A DNA stretch of 64,000 bases, from contig NC_043005.1 in the NCBI RefSeq assembly GCF_006345805.1, positions 92,814,001 to 92,878,000 of the forward strand, read 5' to 3'. This DNA comes from Octopus sinensis (taxonomy: Eukaryota). The first letter of the stretch is position 1; every line of letters begins with the position of its first letter. Positions 53,975 through 64,000 of this stretch are shown here, piece after piece. The notes beneath the pieces were generated by a model that saw only the letters and a program-made list of their open reading frames with translations, was not told where the DNA came from and did not search any database. Both the position numbers and the translations under genes were made by a program.

Positions 53975-54116
53975 CAAGGCAGCCTATTAATGAAATCAAT
54001 GAGCAGAAAATGACAAAAATGGCAACACCAAATCAGCAGGATAATATCAACAAATGGAAGAATGACTTTGAGAGTCTTGTTTGGAAACGGCCAATCCCGT
54101 CTGTTGGTTCTCATTG
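53975..54116 (+). CDS. Candidate internal coding exon, unidentified (RQPINEINEQKMTKMATPNQQDNINKWKNDFESLVWKRPIPSVGSH)
   Basis: TTGTCTTTTTCAG acceptor, 142 nt open in one frame, and a TG/GTAACA donor. No homology recognised. Confidence 0.2.
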
Positions 54117-54157
54117 GTAACAATTATCACATATGTGATTTGTGATATGTTTCATCT

Positions 54158-54324
54158 TTTATTCATTTCAGTCATTTAACCATAACATTGCTGGAGACCA
54201 CCTACAAAGTAGGACTGGTCACTTCTGGTGCTTTAAAATCAGTTACTTATTCTATTGGTCCCTTTTGCTGAACCACTCAGTTACAGGGACATGAACAAAC
54301 CAATACCGGTTATGAAGACACAAA

Positions 54325-54330
<6 letters not shown>
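54158..54330 (-). mobile_element. SINE family A 3' half, diverged
   Basis: TTTCAGTCATTTAACC...TACTTATTCTATTGGTCCCTTTTGCTGAACC. Confidence 0.7.
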
Positions 54331-54381
<51 letters not shown>

Positions 54382-54573
54382 TTCCATATTCATTATTAGT
54401 TATGGATGCAGTATTATTTCAAAACAGCTTTTTCTATATATCCTATTTGATGCAGATATAATCTATAAGAACCCACACGAATGTGGTATTTGCCTTGAGA
54501 AAGATAAATAGATTATGCTAAAAACCACAGAATATTTGTAGCCAACAAAAATTGTCTAGCAGTAGTGGTGGGA

Positions 54574-54618
54574 TTGTTAAATCCAGATTTCTGCATATTT
54601 GCATATCATCAGTTGCAA
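54574..54618 (-). ncRNA. Hammerhead-like motif H7 inside a 320-bp terminally redundant unit
   Basis: UUGCAA-CUGAUGA-UA-UGCA-AAUA-UGCA-GAAA-UCUGGAU-U-UAACAA. A 20-bp direct repeat CCACAC.A.TGTGGTATTTG lies at 54473 and 54793. Confidence 0.45.
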
Positions 54619-54834
54619 GCATCCACCAGCAAGCACGTGCTTAGACAAATCTAGCCTCGCCTGACAGAGAAAAAACAATGATAGGCAAATGGCTGGCAGG
54701 CAGAAGTAAAAATTCATTATTAGTGACGGAAGCAGTATGATTTTGACATAGCATTTTGGGTTTCTTACTTTATGTGAATATATCATGGAAAGCCACACAA
54801 CTGTGGTATTTGTATGAAAAAAAAAGAGCACCTG

Positions 54835-54883
<49 letters not shown>

Positions 54884-54978
54884 TATATATATTATATATA
54901 TATATATATATAATAATATATAATATGTATAATATGTATATGCATGTATGTATGCATGTATGTGTATGTATGGATGTG

Positions 54979-55011
<33 letters not shown>

Positions 55012-55172
55012 ATGTGTGTGTGTGTATAAATATATATATATTTGTGTGTATGTGTGTGTATATATATATATGTGTGTGTGTGTGGGTGTATGTGTGTATA
55101 TATATATATATGTGTGTGTTAGTGTGTGTATGTATGTGTATATATATGTATGTGTATATATATATGTATATG

Positions 55173-55227
<55 letters not shown>

Positions 55228-55262
55228 ATATATATGTGTATGTATGAGTGTATATATATATA
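54835..55262. repeat. Long compound TA/TG microsatellite
   Basis: Directly visible. Confidence 0.95.
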
Positions 55263-55265
55263 TAA

Positions 55266-55498
55266 AAGGCGGCGAGCTTGCAGAAATGTTAGCACACCAG
55301 GCTAAATGCGTAGCCGTATTTTGTCTGCTGCTATGTTCTGAGTTCAAATTCTGCCGAGGTCAACTTTGCCTTTCATCCTTTTGGGGTCGATAAATTAAGT
55401 ACCAGTTACACACTGGGGTCGATGTAATCGACTTAATCCTTTTGTCTGTCCTTGTTTGTCCCCTCTATGTTTAGCCCCTTGTGGGTAGTAAAGAAATA
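55266..55498 (+). mobile_element. SINE family B, full length
   Basis: Matches 28097-28328. Confidence 0.9.
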
Positions 55499-55608
55499 AT
55501 ATATATATATATATGTGCATGTATATATATGTATGCATGTATGTGCATATATATATATATATGTATGTGAGTGTGTGTATATATATATGTATGTGTATAT
55601 ATATATAT

Positions 55609-55661
<53 letters not shown>

Positions 55662-55662
<1 letters not shown>

Positions 55663-57376
55663 CACCATCATCATCATCATCATCATTTAACATCTGCTTT
55701 CCATGCTAGCATGGGTTGGACAGTTCAACTGGGGTCTGCACCAGGCCCAGTATGATCTGGCAGTGTTTCTACAGCTGGATGCCCTTCCTAACGCCAACCA
55801 CTTCGTGAGTGTAATGGGTGCTTTTTACGTGTCACCGGCACGGAGGCCAGTTGGTGTGGCACTGGCTACAGCCACGTTCGGATGGTTCCCTTACTTGCCA
55901 CTGGCACTGGTATCACAGCTACAATTTCCATTGATGTTGATCGATTTTGATTTTGATTTCGATTTTGATTTTCATTCTGATTTCTCACTTGCCTCAACAG
56001 GTCTTCACAAGTAGAGATTTTTTGTCCCAAGAAGGAAAGGTATGCATAAGTGGATTGGCTACATCCCAGGTAGAGGCCACAGGTTATGGTCTCACTTGTC
56101 CTGCCGGGTCTTCTCACGCACAGCATACTTCCAAAGGTCTCAGTCTCTAGTCATTTCCTCGGTGAGACCTAAAGTTTGAAGGTCGTGCTTCACCACCTCG
56201 TCCCATGTTTTCCTGGGTCTACCTCATCCACAGGTTTCCTCAACCGCTAGGGTGTGGCACTTTTTCACACAACTGTCTTCATCCATTCTCGCCACATGAC
56301 CATACCAGTGCAAACGTCTCTCTTGCACACCAAAACTGATGCTTCTTAGGTCCAACTTTTCTCTCAAGGTACTTGCACTCTGTCGAGTATGAACACTGAC
56401 ATTACACATCCATCGGAGCATACTGGCTTCATTTTTTGCGAGCTTACGCATATCCTCAGCAGTCACGGCCCATGTTTCACTGCCATGTAGCATAGCTGTT
56501 CGTACACATGCATCATACAATCTGCCTTTTACTCTGACTGAGAGGCCTTTAGTCACCAGCAGAGGTAAGAGCTCTCTGAACTTTGCCCAGGTTATTCTTA
56601 CTCTAGCAGTTACACTTTCAGCACACCCACCCCCGCTACTGACTTGGTCACCTAGGTAACAGAAGCTACCAACTATTTCTAGTTTTTCTCCCTGGAATGT
56701 GGCGGAAGTTGGTCTCTACGTATTTTCAGTGTTTATTGCTCCTGAGCATCTGCCACATACAAAAACTATCTTCCTAGTTAGCCTTCCTTTGACATTGCTG
56801 CACCTCTTATGTGTCCATAGCTTACAATTGGTGCATCTTATAGAGTTTCTACCTATGCCTTTTCTACAGACCGAGTAGGGCCACCTACCTGAAGGCGTTT
56901 GTGATTTGTCTACCTTCCTACTTATTAGAACTTTGGTTTTGGCTAGGCTGACTCTAAGGCCCTTCGATTCTAATCCTTGCTTCCACACCTGAAACTTCTC
57001 CTCCAGTTCTGATAGTGACTCAGCAATTAGAACAAGGTCATCAGCATAGAGGAGCTCCCAGGGGCATCCTGTCTTGAATTCCTCCGTTATTGCCTGGAGG
57101 ACTATCATAAATAGGAGGAGGCTGAGGACTGAGCCTTCGGGGACCCCTATCTCTACCCGGAATTCTTCACTGTACTCGTTGCCAACCCTCACCTTACTAA
57201 CAGCATCCCTGTACATGGCTCGCACAGCTCTCACTAACCACTCATCTATCCCTTGTTTCCTCATTGACCACCAGATAAGGGATCGGGGGAACCCTGTCAA
57301 AGGCTTTCTCCATGTCAATAAAAGCCAGGTACAGAGGTTTATCTTTGGCTAGGTATTTCTCTTGCAGCTGTCTTAC
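55662..57376 (-). mobile_element. 5'-truncated RTE LINE (RT, Cys/His finger, C-terminus, 3' UTR)
   Basis: ORF 56716-57318 contains LYADDLVL and the C4HC3 finger. The UTR ends in (GAT)n. Confidence 0.95.
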
Positions 57377-57383
57377 GTATATG

Positions 57384-57419
<36 letters not shown>

Positions 57420-57658
57420 TGTATGTATGTATGTGTATATATATATATAAGTATGTGTGTGTGTATATATATATATGTATATATATATATGTATGTGTAT
57501 ATATATTATATATATATATATTATATATATATATATATATATGAATGCATGCATATATATTATATGTATGTATTTACGTGTATATATTTATATGTATGTA
57601 TGTTTTTATATACATATGTATGTATGTGTGTGTGTATATATATATATATATGTATGTG

Positions 57659-57690
<32 letters not shown>

Positions 57691-57700
57691 CATATATATG
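57377..57700. repeat. TA/TG microsatellite separating the two divergent RTE copies
   Basis: Directly visible. Confidence 0.9.
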
Positions 57701-60700
57701 ACGCCACTGCTCCCCATCCCTGGGCCTCTATGGCCCATACCTTCCACACCCTCAGGGTTGGCACTCTCAATGTAGGCACACTGAAAGGTAGGTCTGGTGA
57801 GATTGTTGAGAAGCTTGAACGGAGACGTGTTGATATATGTTGCATCCAAGAAGTAAGGTGGAGAGGCGGTTCTGCTAGGTTCCTCACAGGCAAAGAACAC
57901 AGGTACAAGATTTTCTGGGCAGGAAACACTGACGGGGTTGGAGGCATGGGTATACTTCTCGCTGAAAAATTGGTAGATAAGGTACTTGAGGTAATCAGAG
58001 TAAGTAACAGAATACTTAAGATTAGAATAGTGCTTCATCATAGATTAGCAACCATTATATCGGCCTATGCTCCTCAGAAGGGCTACCCGATGGACAGAAA
58101 GACAGTTTCTATGACACCCTACTGCAGACTACCTCATTGACGAACGACAGGGACCTTCTCTTTGTGGCTGGTGACTTCAATGGGCATGTTGGACAACATG
58201 CTGGGGGCTTCCATAATGTACATAGAGGCTACGGTTATGGTTCCTGCAACAAGGAGGTTACCAGGCTGCTGGAGTTCTGCGATGTGAATAGTCTTATGGT
58301 TTGCAACACTAACTTCAGGAAACCGACAAGCCACTTGGTCACCTACCGATCGGGCCGGCATACTAGCCAAATCGACTACATCCTTGCCAGAAAAAGGGAA
58401 AGATGGCTGCTTATAAATGCCAAAACCTTCCCAGGCGAAGAATGTACCCCACAACATAGACTGGTAGTTAGTGACTTTAGGATCAGGACTAAGAGGACAA
58501 CTAGAAGACGACCAACATGGAGAAGAAGGATCTGGAAGCTTAAAGAGACCTGCGAATGGACAGAGATTTAGAGATACATTACTTGAAGCCTTTGACGAAA
58601 TAGAAGTGGGTATAGCTACACATGGGGTAGAAGACAACTGGACGCTTCTGAGGGACAACCTGCTGAAAGCCACTGACCAGATCTGTGGCTGGTGCAAAGT
58701 CCCCTCAAGACCCAAAATAACGTGGTGGTGGAACAATATTGTTGACAGGGCTATTAGACAAAAGAAACAGGCTTGGAAGGACTGGAAGAACGGTGGTGGC
58801 AGGGTAGTGTATCAGACTGCCAGAAGGGAAGCTAGGAGGCTGGTGTATTTAGCCAGAGGTTGAAGCAGATAAGAAAAAAATTTGCCAATGTTCTACACCG
58901 TGAGGATGAAAGACTTGAGGTATTTCATGTTGCAAGACAGTGTGTGAGAGAGAATCGTGACGTGGTAGGAGAGAAATGTGTTCGCAAGGATGACGGTTCA
59001 CTTGCGCTAAATGAGGATGTAAAAAGAGAGATTTGGAGACGCCACTATGAAAGGTTGCTGAATGAGGAAAATGAATGGGATAAAGAGAGTCTGCCAAATG
59101 TCGACCCAACAGAGGGACCAGCAATCCGAGTTGACAGCTCCTTAGTAGTTAAGGCAATTACAAGCATGAAAACAGGGAAAGCCCCAGGCCCATCAGGAAT
59201 TACTGCAGAGATGCTCAAAATATCTGGTAGTGTCGGCTATAGCCTAGTCACCCGTATAGTTAACCAGGTGATACATGAAGGAGTCATACCCAATGACTGG
59301 TGTAGCAGCATAATAGTCAACTGCTACAAAGGTAAAGGTGACGCCCTAGATACAAATAACTACAGGGGTATCAAGCTGCTGGATCAGGTAATGAAGGTTA
59401 TGGAGAAGGTTATAGCCCAACTAATTAGAGAGAGAGTTAGCTTAGATGAGATGCAGTTTGGGTTCGTGCCAGGGAAAAGTACTACTGATGCTATATTCCT
59501 GGTAAGACAGCTGCAGGAGAAATACCTAGCCAAAGATAAGCCCCTGTACCTGGCTTTTGTTGACATGGAGAAAGCCTTTGACAGGGTCCCCCGATCCCTT
59601 ATCTGGTGGTCAATGAGGAAACTAGGGATAGATGAATGGTTAGTGAGAGCTGTGCGAGCCAAGTACAGAGATGCTGCTAGTAAGGTGAGGGTTGGCAACG
59701 AGTACAGTGAAGAATTCCGGGTGGAGGTTGGGGTCCGCCAAGGTTCAGTCCTCAGTCCCCTCCTATTTATCATAGTCCTCCAGGCAATAACGGAGGAATT
59801 CAAGACAGGATGCCCCTGGGAGCTCTTCTATGCTGATGACCTTGCTCTAACTGCCGAGTCACTATCAGAACTGGATGAGAAGTTTCAGGTATGGAAGCAA
59901 GGATTAGAATCGAAGGGCCTTAGAATCAACCTAGCCAAAACCAAAGTTCTAATAAATAGGAAGGTAGACCAATCACAAATGCCTTCAGGTAGATGGCCCT
60001 GCTCGATCTGTAAAAAAAGGGCACCAAGTGTAAGCTATGGACACATAAGAGGTGCAGCAATGTCAAAGGAAGGCTAACTAGGAAAATAGTTTTTGGCTGT
60101 GGCAGATGCTCAGGAGCAATAAACACTGAAAATCTGCAGAAAACAACTTCCGTCACTTTCCAGGGGGAAAAACTAGAAGTAGTTGATAGCTTCCGTTATC
60201 TAGGTGACCAAGTCAGTAGTGGGGGTGGGTGCGCTGAAAGTGTAACTGCTAGAGTAAGAATAGCCCGGGCAAAGTTCAGGGAGCTCTTACCTCTGCTGGT
60301 GACTAAAGGCCTCTCGCTCAGAGTAAAAGGCAGACTGTATGATGCATGTGTACATACAGCCATGCTACACGGTAGTGAAACATGGGCTGTGACTGCTGAG
60401 GATATGCGTAAGCTCGCAAGAAATGAAGCCAGTATGCTCCGATGGATGTGTAATGTCAGTGTTCATAATCAACAGAGTGTAAGTACCTTGAGAGAAAAGT
60501 TGGACCTAAGAAGCATCAGTTTTGGTGTGCAAGAGAGACGTTTGCGCTGGTATGGTCATGTGAAGAGAATGCCTGAAGATAGTTGTGTGCAAAAGTTCCA
60601 CACCCTTGCAGTTGAGGGAACCTGTGGAAGATGTAGACCCAGGAAAACCTGGGACGAGGTGGTGAAGCACGACCTTCGAACTTTAGGTCTCACCGAGGAA

Positions 60701-61276
60701 ATGACTAGAGACCGAGACCTATGGAAGTATGCTGTGCGTGAGAAGACCCAGCAAGGCTAGTGAGACCATAACCCGTGGCCTCTACCTGGTATGTAGCCAG
60801 TCGACTTATACATACCTTTCCTTCTTGGGACAAAAAACTCCACTTGTGAAGACCCATTGAGGCAAGTGAAAATCAAACCAAATCAAATCAGATATCAGAA
60901 AGCAGAACCAAAATGGAAGTCGATCAACATCAATGGAAATTGCGGCTGTGATACCAGTGCCGGTGACAAGTAAGCGAACCATCCGAACGTGGCGATTTCC
61001 AGCGCCGCCCCGACTGGCCTCCGTGCCGGTGGCACGTAAAAAGCACCATCCGTTCGTGACCATTGCCAGCCTCGCCTGGCACCTGTGCGGGTGGCACGTA
61101 AAAAGCACCCACTACACTCACGGAGTGGTTGGCGTTAGGAAGGGCATCCAGCCGTAGAAACACTGCCAGATCAGACTGGGCCTGATGCAGCCTTCTGGCT
61201 TCACAGACCCCAGTTGAACCATCCAACCCATGCTAGCATGGAAAGCGGACGCTAAATAATGATGATGATGATGATG
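57700..61276 (+). mobile_element. Near-full-length RTE LINE (APE endonuclease plus RT), frameshifted
   Basis: [11 protein letters not shown]...IQEVRW, AGDFNGHVG, QIDYIL, QHRLVVSD (EN); KAFDRVP, GVRQGSVLSP, YADD (RT). Stop at 60758-60760 and 3' UTR ending in (GAT)n. Confidence 0.97.
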
Positions 61277-61350
61277 TATGTGTGCATATATATATGTGTG
61301 TGTATGTATATATATATATATATGTATGTATGTGTGTATACATACATGTA

Positions 61351-61408
<58 letters not shown>

Positions 61409-61409
<1 letters not shown>

Positions 61410-62301
61410 CTTATCTTATCTTATCTAGTTTCAGCTCACGAGCTGTGGCCATGCTGGGGCACTGCGATTCACTGTTGCTACATGATCTTACTTTACGAAT
61501 GCTTTTTAGCAATTGACATTTGGTGTATGAGAGAGATCGATGCAGCTGCCCTCATCTGCACCTCCTGCCGTGAAGTTGGTTCATCTGGGACACCTGACAG
61601 GAAGAGATCCAGTTTTATTTTAAAGACATCTGCATCCACCCCATGCGGGTCTCTCAGGTCCTTCGGGAGGATATTGAAGAGCTGTGGACCTCTGAAGCCC
61701 AGGCTATCACAGTATCTTGTCCTACATCTTGATGGCAAATTTGGAGTCCTTGGCACTATGCAGTGGTGCCCAGTTCTAGTATTTGTGTAACTCTCGATGC
61801 CAAAGTTTGGGACAAGCCCTTCCAGGATCTTCCAGATGTATATTATGGCATATCTTTCTTGCCTACGCTCTAAGGAATAGAGTCTTAATCTCTTGAGTCT
61901 TTCCCAGTAGCTTATATGCTGCACAGAGGCTATCTTCTTCATGTAGCTTTGCTGGATTACCTCAAGTTCTGTGATTAACTTGACACTGGATGGTGACCAT
62001 AGCTGAGAGCAATAGTCAAAGTGGCTTAGGACAAGTGTCCTCCAGAGGACCGTCATGGTTTCCTATTCCCTTGTTCTAATAGCTCTAATAATCCATCCGG
62101 TCAGCTGCCTACATTTCATTGCCAATTTAGCAACATGCACATGGAAGGTTGCATCATTACTTATGTAAATACCCAGGTCTCGCACTGATTGTGCCTCTGG
62201 GATTGCAATTCCTCCAGGTCTAGTGTAGTTATTGGGTATTGCATTTAGTTTTGCATGCTGATAGCATAAATCTTGAAACTTTTCAGCATTGAACTGAATG
62301 C
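61409..62301 (-). mobile_element. 5'-truncated CR1/L2-type LINE
   Basis: QFNAEKF, VRDLGIYISND, SHFDYCSQLWSP, YWERLKRLRLYSLERR. Short 3' UTR with hairpin CAGCTC-GT-GAGCTG and a (GATAA)n tail. Confidence 0.9.
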
Positions 62302-62480
62302 TATATATATATAAATAAGGATAAGATCATTAATTTAAAAATAAAACAACAAACTTATCAAGTGGTCAGCATGGAAAAAATAACCTTCAAAGGTAATAAT
62401 TATTACAATTATATATTAGGGTATCTACGAGATACCACCATGCTGAAAATAGCAGCCATATATATATATGTATGTATGTG

Positions 62481-62582
<102 letters not shown>

Positions 62583-62616
62583 TTATTTATATATATGTAT
62601 GTGTGTGTGTAGACTC

Positions 62617-62827
62617 AGCGTGCCGGGCGAAATGCTTAGCGGTATTCGTCTGTCGTTACGTTCTGAGTTCAAATTCCGCCAAGGTCGACTTTACCTTTCA
62701 TCCTTTCGGGGTCGATAAATAAAGTACCAGTTTCGCACTTGGTGGTGGTGGTGGGGGGGGGCTCGATGTAATCGACTTAACCCCTTGTCTGTCCTTTACG
62801 TTTAGCCCCTTGTGGGCAATAAAGAAA
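62617..62827 (+). mobile_element. SINE family B, 5'-truncated
   Basis: Matches the B consensus, with a GGT-repeat insert near 62742. Confidence 0.85.
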
Positions 62828-62831
62828 TATA

Positions 62832-62881
<50 letters not shown>

Positions 62882-62962
62882 GTGTGTGTATATATGTATA
62901 TATATATATATATATGTATGTATGTGTGTGTATATATATATATGTATGTATGTATGTGTGTA

Positions 62963-62993
<31 letters not shown>

Positions 62994-62995
62994 GT

Positions 62996-63862
62996 GTCAT
63001 CATCATCATCATCCTCATTTAACGTCCGCTTTCCATGCTAGCATTGGTTGGACGGTTCAACTGGAGTCTGGGGAGCCCGAAGGCTGCACCAGGCCAGTCA
63101 GATCTGGCAGTGTTTCTACAGCTGGATGCCCTTCCTAACGCCAACCACTCCGAGAGTGTAGTGGGTGATTTTATGTGCCACCAACACAGGTGCCAGACGA
63201 GGCTGGCGAACGGCCACGCTCGGATGGTGTTTTTTTTTTATGTGCCACCGACACAGGTGCCAGATGAGGCTGGCAGACGGCCACGCTTGGATGCTGTTTT
63301 TATGTGCCACCGACACAAGTGCCAGATGAGGCTGGCGAACGGCCACGTTCGGATGGTGTTTGTTACGTGCCCGGATGGTGTTTGTTACGTGCCCACAGCA
63401 CGGAGGCCAGTCGATGCGGTACTGGCTACGGCCACGTTCGGATGGTTTTCTTGTGTGCCACCGGCACTGGTACCACAAGATACAAATTCCATTGATATTC
63501 ATCTATTTTGATTTGGTTTGATTTTCACTTGCCTCAACAGGTCTTCACAAGTGTCATAAGAAGGAAGGTATGCACAGGTAGCCTGACTACGTCCCAGGTA
63601 GGGGCCATGGGTTATGGCCTGACTAGTCTTGCCGGGTCTTTGGATGGTGTTTTTATGTGCCACCAACACAGGTGCCAGATGAGGCTGGCGAACGGCCACG
63701 ATCGGATGGTGTTTGTTACGTGCCCACAGCACGGAGGCCAGTCGATGTGGTACTGGCTACCGCCACGTTCGGATGGTTTTCTTGTGTGCCACCGGCATTG
63801 GTACCACAAGATACAAATTCCATTGATGTTCATCTATTTTGATTTGTTTTGATTTGATTTGA
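62996..63862 (-). mobile_element. Expanded RTE 3' UTR array (family C) with a tandemly repeated UTR segment
   Basis: About eight GTGCC(A)CC..CAC units. About 63340-63520 recurs at about 63655-63860, separated by the ORF2-end/UTR-start segment. Confidence 0.88.
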
Positions 63863-63864
63863 TT

Positions 63865-63905
63865 ATGAATTATTATTATATTATTATTATTATTATTATT
63901 ATTAT

Positions 63906-63974
<69 letters not shown>

Positions 63975-64000
63975 GTGTGTATATATATATGTGTGTATGT
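63865..64000. repeat. (ATT)n and (TA)n microsatellites
   Basis: Directly visible. Confidence 0.95.

Noticed and set aside
55662-61276. Single twin-primed LINE insertion or assembly duplication
   Set aside because: The two copies overlap in content and differ by many substitutions and private indels, indicating independent insertions.
63170-63840. CRISPR-like array (hairpin repeat plus spacers)
   Set aside because: The spacers are of two recurring related types, the array is part of an RTE 3' UTR seen in many copies, the context is eukaryotic and there are no cas genes.

Overview
AT-rich eukaryotic genomic DNA, extremely dense in microsatellites and retroposons. The SINE and LINE repertoire looks like an octopus (coleoid cephalopod) intron or intergenic region; that taxon call is inference. 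I found no confident host exon, and nearly all listed ORFs are microsatellite translations or decayed transposon frames. Recognisable elements: an internally deleted Tx1/L1 LINE with a 14-bp TSD (46-2733); many copies of one RTE LINE family (near-full copy 57700-61276, inverted partner 55662-57376) whose ORF2 carries a PHD-like C4HC3 finger and whose 3' UTR holds a variable hairpin minisatellite; a BovB-like RTE fragment; two CR1/L2-type LINE fragments; a Penelope-like remnant; a deleted mariner; piggyBac-like MITEs; and several tRNA-headed SINE families. The main unexpected signal is eight minimal type-I hammerhead ribozyme motifs. Their sequences are unrelated but they share a palindromic stem III, as in Penelope/retrozyme hammerheads. 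They sit in ~300-bp terminally redundant units, in a 400-bp foldback, and in a tRNA-headed SINE-like element with a 13-bp TSD. A second highlight is a 5S rRNA fragment fused to a 42-bp tail identical to the 3' end of the CR1/L2 LINE (a SINE3-like chimera). All alignments and folds were done by eye.
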